A DNA stretch of 64,000 nucleotides from Bdellovibrionales bacterium. Its GTDB lineage: Bacteria > Bdellovibrionota > Bdellovibrionia > Bdellovibrionales > UBA1609. Shown one piece after another: positions 8,805-17,519 of the stretch. The notes under the pieces were generated by a model, which worked only from the letters and a program-made list of their open reading frames with translations, was not told where the DNA came from and did no database searches. Positions within the stretch are counted from its first letter, which is position 1. Each line of letters begins with the position of its first letter. Location: contig JBFWQY010000021.1 of NCBI GenBank assembly GCA_050249195.1, forward strand, positions 10,012 to 74,011, in the 5' to 3' direction. Position numbers and translations under genes: made by a program.

Positions 8805-9818
8805 ATGCCAGCCAACCATTTCGTAACCTCAACCTCAGTGATTCAATTGTTCATTTTAGTAGCCGTTGTATTCTCAATTTTGGCACGTGCTCAATCGCAC
8901 GCGGTTCCTACTCACGGTAGTGATAATACAGCTTCTGGCTTGCGTAGCATGTTTTTGGCACCCAACGAGACGGCGATGCGAAGACTCTTGTCCGCTCTAA
9001 AGGACGCCTCACCCGGAATGTTAGTGACCGTAGGTACAGAGCGCGGTTTTATGGAAGCTGCGAATGCGCCCTCGATCAACAGGCTTGTCATAATAGACAA
9101 GTCGGAAGCCGTTATAACCTATAACCAGATCAATATTCTCCTGCTGAGAATGGCAAAGGACAGGGACCACTACCTGCGACTACGTCTTAGGCCAGATATC
9201 GAGGAGTGGAATGCGGCCGCTCGATTCGCGGGGCTCTCCTCGGAAGAGCAACGATTTCTTGTAAGACACCAGGCTCAGTGGAAGATCAGGGTCGCTGAGC
9301 ACTATCTTTTTCGAAATTTCCATCGGCCACCTCGAGCCAACGCGGCCTTCGCGGAGGTGAACTATCTGTTCGATGATGGTCTCTTCGCCCCGATCCAAGA
9401 TTTGGCTCGCACTGGGGGAATTGAAACTTATCATATCGATCTTGAGGACCTGGAAAAGGTGACAGAACTCATCGTCCGGTTGAGGCTGATTGGCTTACCT
9501 CTCTCTATCCTAGATCTAAGCAATGCTTGGATGGGACGGTATTTATCGAGGGAAGGATTAACACATCTGATTGCCGAGCTTAATGGATTGGCGTCTGACA
9601 AGAGTCTTCTGGTTATAACCGATCTTCCGCTGATAGGCTCCTTCCGGTACACAGTTTATACCTTTGATCACATTCGAGAGTATCGGAACATGGAGGCCTT
9701 TAGCCGAATGCTCCAGCGGACGGACTTGATACCACGCGGCTTCCAAACACGAATGAACCCGGTTGGTTTGGTCGAGACGTGTGAGACATTGCTGCGAGCC
9801 TTATGGCATCATCCGTAG
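8805..9818 (+). CDS. Hypothetical exported/membrane-anchored protein
   Basis: Track ORF 8703..9818. ATG at 8805 gives MPANHFVTSTSVIQLFILVAVVFSILARAQS (signal/anchor). No family recognised with confidence. Confidence 0.5.
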   Translation: MPANHFVTSTSVIQLFILVAVVFSILARAQSHAVPTHGSDNTASGLRSMFLAPNETAMRRLLSALKDASPGMLVTVGTERGFMEAANAPSINRLVIIDKSEAVITYNQINILLLRMAKDRDHYLRLRLRPDIEEWNAAARFAGLSSEEQRFLVRHQAQWKIRVAEHYLFRNFHRPPRANAAFAEVNYLFDDGLFAPIQDLARTGGIETYHIDLEDLEKVTELIVRLRLIGLPLSILDLSNAWMGRYLSREGLTHLIAELNGLASDKSLLVITDLPLIGSFRYTVYTFDHIREYRNMEAFSRMLQRTDLIPRGFQTRMNPVGLVETCETLLRALWHHP

Positions 9819-9866
9819 TCATCTTGTCTCTTACGACAAAAGGCCATAAAGAGCGGTAGACCCTGG

Positions 9867-11042
9867 CTAGTTAAGCGTTGCTTGCGCTTGTTTGAGAGAG
9901 AGCTCGAATACAGGCTTCTTTGCACGGCTTTGGAGCTCCCGGTAATATTCCTTGTGAACCTCAAGTTCGTGGGCGACGTTCATGACACGCCAACATAGGT
10001 CCGGGTGGGTGTCATTGCCTTCGACGACGTTGCCAAGACGCTTTTGTTCATCACAAAACTGGCTTGCGTCTTCCAAAGATTTGATACGCGGTCGGCCCAC
10101 CATCAAGACGGCCAAAAGCCCATCGGCATATTTTTCGGGGTCGTAGCCGGCGCGGACATAAAGTTCGAGGCCGACTTCGTCCGCCTCGCGCTCCTTAAAG
10201 TGGGCAAAGAGTTCGCGTTTATATTTATCCCCAAAAAAAGATTTAATTTCGACCTCGAGAGTTTCGATTTGCTCGAGAAGGGTTTGAATCTTCTCCTGGC
10301 GAACTCGGACCCAATTTGCTTGTGAGATTCTGTATTCCTGAGCCAGCGCCAGGAGCTCACCATAAAGAGCATCATCAGTCACAAGGGGGTGAGACGCGAC
10401 GTTCGCATCTCTTAGCGGAATTTTCTCATGCGCCGCGAGCTTTGTCAGTACAGTTTGATTGCGCTGTCGTTTACTTGCCTCTGTTTCATTCTTTGCCGCT
10501 TCTATGAGATGCGCTTTTACAAGCGAGAAGAACGCCTGCCGATCCCATCGTTCATGGGTCAACTGATCCAATGAGGCGTGGACTCTCCTGAGTTTGGATA
10601 GAATCTCAGGAGTGGCTTTGGTGCGCAAAAAATACGGTACTGGATCTAAGCGATGGTACATGGCTATGTGGCCCACTTCATGAGCCAGAACCGCGGCGAC
10701 TTGGCTGTCATGACTCAATAGCTTCACAAATGACGGGGTAAATACGATCGCGCCACTCTCCACGTCGGCGTATGCATTTGGTTTTAAGCTGCCTGATAGA
10801 TATTGGGATCGAATGCAAAACGGCTCGGGCCCAGAGATAAAGGCCTTGAAGAAATTTTGATTTTGCTCAAACAGGTTCTGAAAATGTTGCCTGATCAATT
10901 CAGTCGCCACAGGAAACGGTAGCTCACGAAACAGGGGGCGGCAGTCCTTAAGGCGAGGGCGCATGGCATCTGCGACAATTCCAACTTCATGGGCGAAGGC
11001 CGCGAGGGCGCCAAAAAATGTCACGACAAGGGTTAGGAACAT
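9867..11042 (-). CDS. M48-family zinc metallopeptidase, secreted
   Basis: Signal peptide MFLTLVVTFFGALAAFA. HExxH in VLAHEVGHIAMYH and a distal EREADEVGLELYVRAGYDP block (E..AD...G......GY.P), typical of M48. Confidence 0.75.
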   Translation of the reverse strand: MFLTLVVTFFGALAAFAHEVGIVADAMRPRLKDCRPLFRELPFPVATELIRQHFQNLFEQNQNFFKAFISGPEPFCIRSQYLSGSLKPNAYADVESGAIVFTPSFVKLLSHDSQVAAVLAHEVGHIAMYHRLDPVPYFLRTKATPEILSKLRRVHASLDQLTHERWDRQAFFSLVKAHLIEAAKNETEASKRQRNQTVLTKLAAHEKIPLRDANVASHPLVTDDALYGELLALAQEYRISQANWVRVRQEKIQTLLEQIETLEVEIKSFFGDKYKRELFAHFKEREADEVGLELYVRAGYDPEKYADGLLAVLMVGRPRIKSLEDASQFCDEQKRLGNVVEGNDTHPDLCWRVMNVAHELEVHKEYYRELQSRAKKPVFELSLKQAQATLN

Positions 11043-11393
11043 GCAAACGATCTTTCTATAAGAATTTCGAGTTACTCGGAATACAAGGAACAGAGTAGCA
11101 AGTGCTAAGCCAAGTCAAAGGCAGCGAGTTGAAGCTTATGGTGAGGAGATTGAGGATAAGAGGAATATCGAGCTGTTCAAGATCGTGGCGCTCGCGGGCC
11201 CTGTTTTGTCCCAAATCAGGCTCCGCGTGCACGTCGGCCAGTTTCCACAATTTAATCACCCATTTAAACTATAGACGATTAGATGCCTGTATCAAAATCG
11301 AACAGGTCTAAGTTGCCGTACGTTATTGGGATTTCTCAGGTTCGACTGACGTCGACGGCCCCAACATTGCACTAGCTCCAGTCGGGGGAACTC

Positions 11394-13991
11394 ATGCGTT
11401 TACTTGCCTACTTTTCTACCTTACAGCTCGCTCTAGGGTTGGCTGGGTGCTCGGAAGGTTTTAAACCGGCGCAAGAAAACAAATTAGAGACAAGCCCTGC
11501 TCCCTCAAGCTACGAGTGCCGACCGAATTCAGAGCAGACCTGTTCCGCTGACAGTGGGCCAGGAACAAGGACTTGCAATGATACGGGCACGGCATGGGGA
11601 CCCTGCGATCGAACCACAATCTGCCAGTCGGGCTTCAGGTTACAGAATGGCATTTGTGTCGCTGATCCCGTGGACGACAAATGCACTCCCAAATCGAAAA
11701 AAACCTGTCCCGTCAGCAATGGTAGTGGAACGCAAACTTGCAATGCTTCAGGTTCGGGCTGGGGCGTCTGCTCCGACATCTTGTGCGATTCTGGATTTAA
11801 TCCACAAAACGGAGCGTGCGTAGCAAATGTTTGTTCTCCTAACTCCGTGAAGACGTGTTCGCGCAATCATGGTTCGGGAACGCAGACGTGTAATGCCACC
11901 GGTTCTGAATGGGGGACCTGCGGTGATATCAGCAGCTGCGATTCCGGATACAATCTGCAAGACGGGAATTGTGTGGTGAACGCGTGTACTCCCAATGCCA
12001 AAAGGTCTTGCAACCTCGCCAATGGCACGGGATCACAAACCTGCAATGCGTCCGGTTCCGCATGGGGAAACTGTGGCAACCCGAACTATGAAATCGATCC
12101 GAAAGTTCTTTTTCCGACGGCGCAGTCTCTGCTGCCGGAGGGCACCGTCTATTCAGACTCGGTCCCAGATACTTTGGACCTTGCTGAGCGGGCCAGCTGG
12201 TTCATCCAAGGGGCGGTTCAGACAGTCACTCCCTCGCTACATTATGCTCCGGCAGGAATGGTCCTAACGGAATACATGAAGGATATCTACGATTGTACAG
12301 AGGGAGGGCAATTCCCGCTGAATCTTCCCTGCTTGTTCCGGAGCCCTCAAAATTGGGGCAAGGTCATGCAGGCGCTTTCATTTGCAAGGGAGATGTCACC
12401 TTATGACCGCGATGATCTTTTCTATAGTTTGACGAGCCAGCACAGGATGATGACCAATATGCTCGATTACGATGTCTCCCTTGATCTTTTAAACAAAGCC
12501 ATGGGCAGTATTGTGATCGGTGGGACGGGCTGCGGTTTCGGCTGTATCACCTCTTCTTCCGTCGCCATGCAGGCCCTTGCCACGGAACGGTCCCGAACCA
12601 AAGCAAGTGGGTTAGAACACGCGGTGAATGAGTTTGTCCGTATGCATAAGAATAGTTTGCTTTCGACCGTAGACAGCGCCGGCAAGAGTTACAAGTACTT
12701 CGCCTTCCCGGCGCCGACGCTTGAATCCTATCAGGGCTATCTCGGGGATTCATGGCGGCCGTTTGTGAATGGTAAGGCCCTTCGGGTCCTGTCGGACTGG
12801 TACACGCAAACAGGAAATTCGGAAGCTTTGGAGATTGCGAATGCCCTGAGTGAATACATCAGAAACTTTGAAGCTTCGGTCATGTGGCGCTCGCCGGACG
12901 CGAGATTTGTCGATGCCTATGGGTACGTTTACGGTCATATCCACTCCTGGCTGCAGGCGACGCTCGGGCTCGTTGCACACGCGGAGGCGTTACGTAAGGC
13001 GTCGCCTGACTCTTCGTTAGCCAAATCTGAGCTGGAATTGGCACTGAAGGTCTACAATTTTGTGAAGGCGCAAACCCGCGCGGGCAAGATCGGAAACTTT
13101 GGCGAGGCGGGCTCCACCGGCGATATGGTCTTGCTGGCAATAAAGCTGACCGAGCAGGGAATGGGCTATTTTTACGAAGACGCGGAAGCCTGGACCCGTA
13201 ATGCCCTGGCTGAAATGCAAATTGATGCGGGCGCCGCCTCCTACATCTCCAACTACAGTCGATCGCACTACGAACACAGCTTTGTCGGTGCAAAAGTGAA
13301 GGGAATGTTTTTCGGCGACGGAACTCATGTACTTTCAATTCCCAAGGAATTTGCCGGCGGAACGAGTGACTACTCTCCCAATGCCTTTGCGGGCATGCAT
13401 GAGGTATGGAAGAAAACGGTTACTTATAAGGGAAATTTTGCGCAAATAAACTTCTTATTGAATCGAGCCAGCACTTATCTCGATGTGAAAAGTGATTTGC
13501 CCTACAGAGGGCAAATTCGAATCCAAACCAAAGCTTCGTTAGGACCCATCACGGACTTCGGGCTGCGCATTCCCGACTGGGCGGACAAAGATAAAGTCAC
13601 GGTCAGTGCCGTCGATCCCCAGGGCCGGGAATATTCTCTACCCGCATGGCAGTGGAATTGGATTCCTTACACCTACTACATCCAAGTCAATAACCTGGCG
13701 TCAAACTGGACATTTATCGTAAGGTTTCCAATCAAGGTGTATTCCGAGACGATCTATGAACTGAGAAGCATGAGTCAGATCTGGTATGAAGGTTCTTGGG
13801 CCACTTCGCAGTCGGTTGAAAACCTTCAATCCTATGTGGGACAGTTCAGAGGAAACACACTGGTCGGTGTGGACCGGAGGCCGGCGGGAGGAATTCCCCG
13901 CTATCAGCGCCAGACATTAGAGTCACTCCCGGCGAGCGACGTCGCTCCTCCCATGCGCACTCTGCAGCGGTTGATCGTAAAGGGCAACTAG
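11394..13991 (+). CDS. Large lipoprotein: 4 tandem Cys-rich modules + ~630-aa C-terminal domain of unknown function
   Basis: Perfect lipobox LAGC at aa 16-19. Repeated C.PNS..TC....G.GTQTCN..G..WG.C modules are followed by a long non-repetitive domain that I cannot assign. Confidence 0.7.
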   Translation: MRLLAYFSTLQLALGLAGCSEGFKPAQENKLETSPAPSSYECRPNSEQTCSADSGPGTRTCNDTGTAWGPCDRTTICQSGFRLQNGICVADPVDDKCTPKSKKTCPVSNGSGTQTCNASGSGWGVCSDILCDSGFNPQNGACVANVCSPNSVKTCSRNHGSGTQTCNATGSEWGTCGDISSCDSGYNLQDGNCVVNACTPNAKRSCNLANGTGSQTCNASGSAWGNCGNPNYEIDPKVLFPTAQSLLPEGTVYSDSVPDTLDLAERASWFIQGAVQTVTPSLHYAPAGMVLTEYMKDIYDCTEGGQFPLNLPCLFRSPQNWGKVMQALSFAREMSPYDRDDLFYSLTSQHRMMTNMLDYDVSLDLLNKAMGSIVIGGTGCGFGCITSSSVAMQALATERSRTKASGLEHAVNEFVRMHKNSLLSTVDSAGKSYKYFAFPAPTLESYQGYLGDSWRPFVNGKALRVLSDWYTQTGNSEALEIANALSEYIRNFEASVMWRSPDARFVDAYGYVYGHIHSWLQATLGLVAHAEALRKASPDSSLAKSELELALKVYNFVKAQTRAGKIGNFGEAGSTGDMVLLAIKLTEQGMGYFYEDAEAWTRNALAEMQIDAGAASYISNYSRSHYEHSFVGAKVKGMFFGDGTHVLSIPKEFAGGTSDYSPNAFAGMHEVWKKTVTYKGNFAQINFLLNRASTYLDVKSDLPYRGQIRIQTKASLGPITDFGLRIPDWADKDKVTVSAVDPQGREYSLPAWQWNWIPYTYYIQVNNLASNWTFIVRFPIKVYSETIYELRSMSQIWYEGSWATSQSVENLQSYVGQFRGNTLVGVDRRPAGGIPRYQRQTLESLPASDVAPPMRTLQRLIVKGN
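11517..12080 (+). repeat. Tandem ~50-codon Cys-rich coding repeats (3 full + 1 truncated)
   Basis: Protein-level repeats at aa 42-96, 97-146, 147-197 and 198-229 of the 865-aa ORF. Consensus: C(T/S)P(N/K)S.(K/Q)(T/S)C....G(S/T)GTQTCN(A)(S/T)GS.WG.C....C.SG(F/Y)N.Q(N/D)G.CV. Confidence 0.85.
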
Positions 13992-14008
13992 TCGCTCTTT
14001 TAGACTTC

Positions 14009-14710
14009 TTAAATATTCGCGTGTACGCGGTGGGAGTCGTCGTTGTCTTCAAGCGCCTCCAGGAGTTCGTACACTTCCTGGCGTTGCTCGTCGGTGATTT
14101 GAGCCTGGTCTTTGGCTTTAAATGAAAGCTCAGCGACAGAAATTTCCCAGCCGCGTCCCTGAAGGGCGGTTCTGATGGCGTCCAGATCCTCCGGAGTCCC
14201 GTAAAAACTAAAAGCGCCGTCATCTTCTCGTTCCACCTCATTGGCGCCGACTTCAATGGCTTCCTCTTCCGGATCTCCCACGTTGGCCTTTTTACCTTGG
14301 ATCAACGCCACACGCTCAAACATCCAAGCCACGGCCCCTGATTCTCCGAGGTTGCCGCCATGAGATTTAAAGATTGAGCGAATCTCCGAAACCGTGCGAT
14401 TGCGATTATCTGTTTGGCATTCAACGAGAATGCCAACGCCATGCGGGCCGTAGCCTTCATAAACCACTTCCTCAATTTGGGAGCCATCGTCGAGCTGGCC
14501 GGTCCCCTTCTTGATCGCGCGCTCAATTGTGTCCTTGGGGCAAGACTCTTCGCGGGCGGCAAGGATGGCGAGCTTGAGGCGCGAGTTGGCTTCAGGATCT
14601 CCACCGCCCATCTTCGCAGCCACCGAGATTTCGCGCGCGAGCTTTGTAAAAAGCGCCCCTTTCTTCTGGGCTTGTTCTAATTTTCCGGCCTTTTTCCAGC
14701 TTTTACCCAT
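14009..14710 (-). CDS. yebC: YebC/PmpR family DNA-binding transcriptional regulator
   Basis: MGKSWKKAGKLEQAQKKGALFTKLAREISVAAKMGGGDPEANSRLKLAILAAREESCPKDTIERAIKKG is the canonical YebC N-terminus. ATG at 14710 is preferred over the track start at 14737. Confidence 0.85.
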   Translation of the reverse strand: MGKSWKKAGKLEQAQKKGALFTKLAREISVAAKMGGGDPEANSRLKLAILAAREESCPKDTIERAIKKGTGQLDDGSQIEEVVYEGYGPHGVGILVECQTDNRNRTVSEIRSIFKSHGGNLGESGAVAWMFERVALIQGKKANVGDPEEEAIEVGANEVEREDDGAFSFYGTPEDLDAIRTALQGRGWEISVAELSFKAKDQAQITDEQRQEVYELLEALEDNDDSHRVHANI

Positions 14711-14869
14711 AACGTCCTGCCTGGTCTCGTGGTCCATTGGTGCTGATCAATTGATGCCACCTCATGTCCAAAATCGGCACCGACGAACTGACAAGCACGG
14801 TAGAAGCGTTTGTTCGCAACATATAACAACATATCAATGGCGGATCTGTCTCTGCAAAGCTGAACGCCC

Positions 14870-15721
14870 CTAATCAAATGATTCATCAGGACGCAAGTAA
14901 CGCCACTGGCCTTCGGGGAGTTTGCCCAGGCGGATTTTGCCTATACGGACGCGCTTTAAGCCTAAAACTCGAAGACCCACGGCCTCGCACATCTTGCGGA
15001 TCTGACGCTTCATACCTTCCTTGAGTACAAAACGCAGCTGTTCGGAATTCACCCATTCCACCCGGGCGGGGCGCAGTCGACGACCTTCGAGAACAAGAGT
15101 TCCGTTTCGAAGAGTCTCCAGACCTTCTTGGCTCAGTGTTCCGCCCACGCGGACGATGTATTCCTTTTCTATTTCGGAATCGGCACCAATAAGTTTTCTA
15201 GCGACCACGCCATCTTGGGTGAAGATGAGTAATCCCTGAGAATCAATATCCAAGCGGCCGGCTGGTGCCAAACCGCGCAAATGTTGGTGATCAAAGCGAC
15301 GGCGATCGTCGTGAGCGTGATTCTCGCGTGTAATCAGGGTCACAGCGGCGCGATATCCTTTTTCTGGCTGTGATGAAACATAACCTTTGGGTTTATTTAA
15401 CAAGATCGTGACCTTTGTCGCGAGTTGCTGACGGCCGTGTGGAAGAAGTTCGATGCGAGCCTCGGGCGAGACCTTCGTACCTAATTGAACAATTTGATCG
15501 TCTACCTTCACCATTCCTGCGGCGATCAGTTCGTCCGCTTCGCGACGAGAACACAGTCCACGTGCAGCCATCAGCTTGCTCAAGCGAATATGTTCTCTGT
15601 TTTGCGGCTGTGGTCGAGATTGAGGTCGAGATGGCGGTGAAGATGAAGATACCGATTTGGACTTAAAATCGCCTTTCGGTTTCGCTCTGGAGCTAGACAA
15701 AGCGCGCCTCGCTCGCCGCAC
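14870..15721 (-). CDS. RsuA/RluB/RluF-family pseudouridine synthase with S4 domain
   Basis: S4 domain [30 protein letters not shown] and catalytic block [17 protein letters not shown]. Track ORF 14870..15877 would overlap the upstream QueD-like gene by ~185 nt. In-frame GTG at 15721 or TTG at 15700 are more plausible starts (uncertain). Confidence 0.75.
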   Translation of the reverse strand: MRRARRALSSSRAKPKGDFKSKSVSSSSPPSRPQSRPQPQNREHIRLSKLMAARGLCSRREADELIAAGMVKVDDQIVQLGTKVSPEARIELLPHGRQQLATKVTILLNKPKGYVSSQPEKGYRAAVTLITRENHAHDDRRRFDHQHLRGLAPAGRLDIDSQGLLIFTQDGVVARKLIGADSEIEKEYIVRVGGTLSQEGLETLRNGTLVLEGRRLRPARVEWVNSEQLRFVLKEGMKRQIRKMCEAVGLRVLGLKRVRIGKIRLGKLPEGQWRYLRPDESFD

Positions 15722-16067
15722 TGATAAACCGGTTCTTGCGAGTTTCTTGCAAGGCCACAGCAAGAACCTGCGTGCCGAGCTCTGTCGCCTGCAGGCGGGC
15801 GTGAATCCACTCGACAAGCGTTTCGCCAGTGGCAACGCTAGGTGCGAGAACCGCGGAGAGATCCTGCCCATGGACATGATTCAAGATTTGCGAGGCCACG
15901 ATCATGTCGGCGTGCGCACGGGTGACGGGTCCGTCAGCCCGGCTGCTCACCTCCAGCTCATACCAATGGCCGTGCAGACGTTCGCTATGCGCTCCTGTTT
16001 GCAAGGTGTGCACGCATTGAAAGTGAAATCGGCGCGTCCATGTGGTCAGGCCCATACATCCACCCAA
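15693..16067 (-). CDS. 6-carboxytetrahydropterin synthase / PTPS family protein (QueD-like)
   Basis: FHFQCVHTL...[14 protein letters not shown] (F.F.A.H.L ... HGH.Y motif), NHVHGQDLS, and [14 protein letters not shown] (PT.EN.A.WI-like). Confidence 0.7.
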   Translation of the reverse strand: MGGCMGLTTWTRRFHFQCVHTLQTGAHSERLHGHWYELEVSSRADGPVTRAHADMIVASQILNHVHGQDLSAVLAPSVATGETLVEWIHARLQATELGTQVLAVALQETRKNRFISAASEARFV

Positions 16068-16465
16068 AGATCCTCGTATTCATAAAGACGGATCTTTACC
16101 AGTCGAACACCTTCAGCCAACCTCCCGCATCGGGATTGCAGCTGGGCAAAAAGGAATTCCGCCAAATTCTCGGTTGTTGGAACCCGACCTTGAAGTTGAG
16201 GAACTTCATCGTGCAGTCGTTTACCCTCAACCGCGCTCAGCACGTCGGCTAGCACGCGGTCCAGGTCCGCCAGATTTAAAATCATCCCGGTCACAGGATC
16301 TGGAACTCCTTCCAGATACACCTCAAGGCTATAGTTATGGCCGTGGCCTCCGGGTGTGAAGCAGGCACCAAATATTTCGCGGTTCTTTTCGGCCGGCCAA
16401 TCTTCGACCTGGTAGCGGTGCAGGCACTGAAAACCCCGGCGCCTAGCCAAACGGGTGCGGTTCAT
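16046..16465 (-). CDS. 6-pyruvoyl-tetrahydropterin synthase family protein
   Basis: FQCLHRY...GACFTPGGHGHNYSLEVYLEG, GMILNLADLD and VPTTENLAEFLFAQL resemble eukaryote-type PTPS. ATG at 16465 overlaps the SDR stop in an ATGA arrangement. Confidence 0.75.
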   Translation of the reverse strand: MNRTRLARRRGFQCLHRYQVEDWPAEKNREIFGACFTPGGHGHNYSLEVYLEGVPDPVTGMILNLADLDRVLADVLSAVEGKRLHDEVPQLQGRVPTTENLAEFLFAQLQSRCGRLAEGVRLVKIRLYEYEDLWVDVWA

Positions 16466-17217
16466 AGACTGATCCCACCGTCTACGGGCAGGATCGCGCC
16501 CGTGGTCCAAGAGGATTTATCGCTCAGAAAAAACCACGCCGCCTCGGCAATATCCTCTACGGTTCCCATACGGCCGAGAGGGTGAAGCGCGTGAGCCGCG
16601 CTCCGCTCGGCCGTGGTGTCATCGTGCTGGTGAAAACCGTGGATGGGAGTGTCAACTATGCCTGGGCAAATGCAGTTCACCCGGATTCCGTATGGGGCCC
16701 ATTCCAAAGCGAGGCATTGGGTCCAATTCACCATGGCCGCTTTTGTGGCGGAGTAGGCGGCGGTTCCTGCCACGGGCCTCACACCCAGAGTGGAGCTGAT
16801 ATTCAGCACGGCGCTGGGAGCGGCGGATTTCAGTTGTTCAAAAAAATCCCGACTCAAACGCACGGCCGAGAGCAGATTGTTTTGAAAGTGCTTTTCCCAA
16901 AGGCTATCGGAGGTCGACAGAAACGGCAGGCGATCAAATACGCCGGCATTGTTCACAACGCCCAGGAGAGGGAGGTTGTTCTCAACTAACCATCGCCGGA
17001 CGGACTGCACAAGGCGGGAACCGTCGTCGGCCCGGGCCAAATCGATTGAAGAAAAAGAGAAGGACTCCGGGCCGAGCTCGCGGGCAGTCGCTTCCAATTT
17101 TCGCGGATCACGACCCACGCCGAAGACGTGATGGCCTTCTCGCGCGATTTTAGAGGCAATGGATCGGCCAATGCCGCTCCCGGCCCCGGAGACAATAAAG
17201 GCACCTTTTCGTGACAT
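16462..17217 (-). CDS. Short-chain dehydrogenase/reductase (possible sepiapterin/pteridine reductase given context)
   Basis: Rossmann motif VSGAGSGIGRSIA, NNAG block VVNNAGV, and catalytic YSATKAA (YxxxK). The specific substrate is not inferable from sequence alone. Confidence 0.8.
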   Translation of the reverse strand: MSRKGAFIVSGAGSGIGRSIASKIAREGHHVFGVGRDPRKLEATARELGPESFSFSSIDLARADDGSRLVQSVRRWLVENNLPLLGVVNNAGVFDRLPFLSTSDSLWEKHFQNNLLSAVRLSRDFFEQLKSAAPSAVLNISSTLGVRPVAGTAAYSATKAAMVNWTQCLALEWAPYGIRVNCICPGIVDTPIHGFHQHDDTTAERSAAHALHPLGRMGTVEDIAEAAWFFLSDKSSWTTGAILPVDGGISL

Positions 17218-17290
17218 CGCGCAACCCTATCCTCTCGCGTCGAAGACGGGAAAGCTAACAAAGCCGCGCGCGAAACTCAAGACCGGAGAA

Positions 17291-17512
17291 CTAGGCGACC
17301 TTCTTGCGGTTGGTGAAAGCCTGATACTTTTTGTCGAAATCCGAAGGTTTTTGGCCCTTTTTGTTGATTAGGCCTTCTTTAAACCAGGTGTAGTGTTCGG
17401 GGCAGAAGCCGAGGCGATCGGCCTTCTTCGTGCATTTTTCCACACAGCAGGTGGTGTTCATCGGAACAACGGTGCCGCCTTGGGCGGTTTCCTTTGCATC
17501 TTTTTTGGCCAT
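17291..17512 (-). CDS. Small basic Cys/His-containing protein (73 aa)
   Basis: ATG at 17512 (MAKKDAKE...) is preceded by AGGAG. Contains CCVEKCTKKADRLGFCPEHY (possible zinc-binding knuckle). The track ORF starts further upstream inside the SBP gene. Confidence 0.45.
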   Translation of the reverse strand: MAKKDAKETAQGGTVVPMNTTCCVEKCTKKADRLGFCPEHYTWFKEGLINKKGQKPSDFDKKYQAFTNRKKVA

Positions 17513-17519
17513 ATGCGCA

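Noticed and set aside
11517-12080. Possible CRISPR-like or non-coding tandem repeat
   Set aside because: The periodicity (~150 bp) lies inside a long ORF and is conserved at the protein level (Cys spacing), so it is a coding repeat. No CRISPR-like short repeat-spacer array was seen anywhere in the window.
14870-15877. Full 335-aa version of the pseudouridine synthase ORF
   Set aside because: The first ~50-60 codons overlap the QueD-like gene and look non-protein-like, so a downstream GTG/TTG start is more plausible. The exact start remains uncertain.
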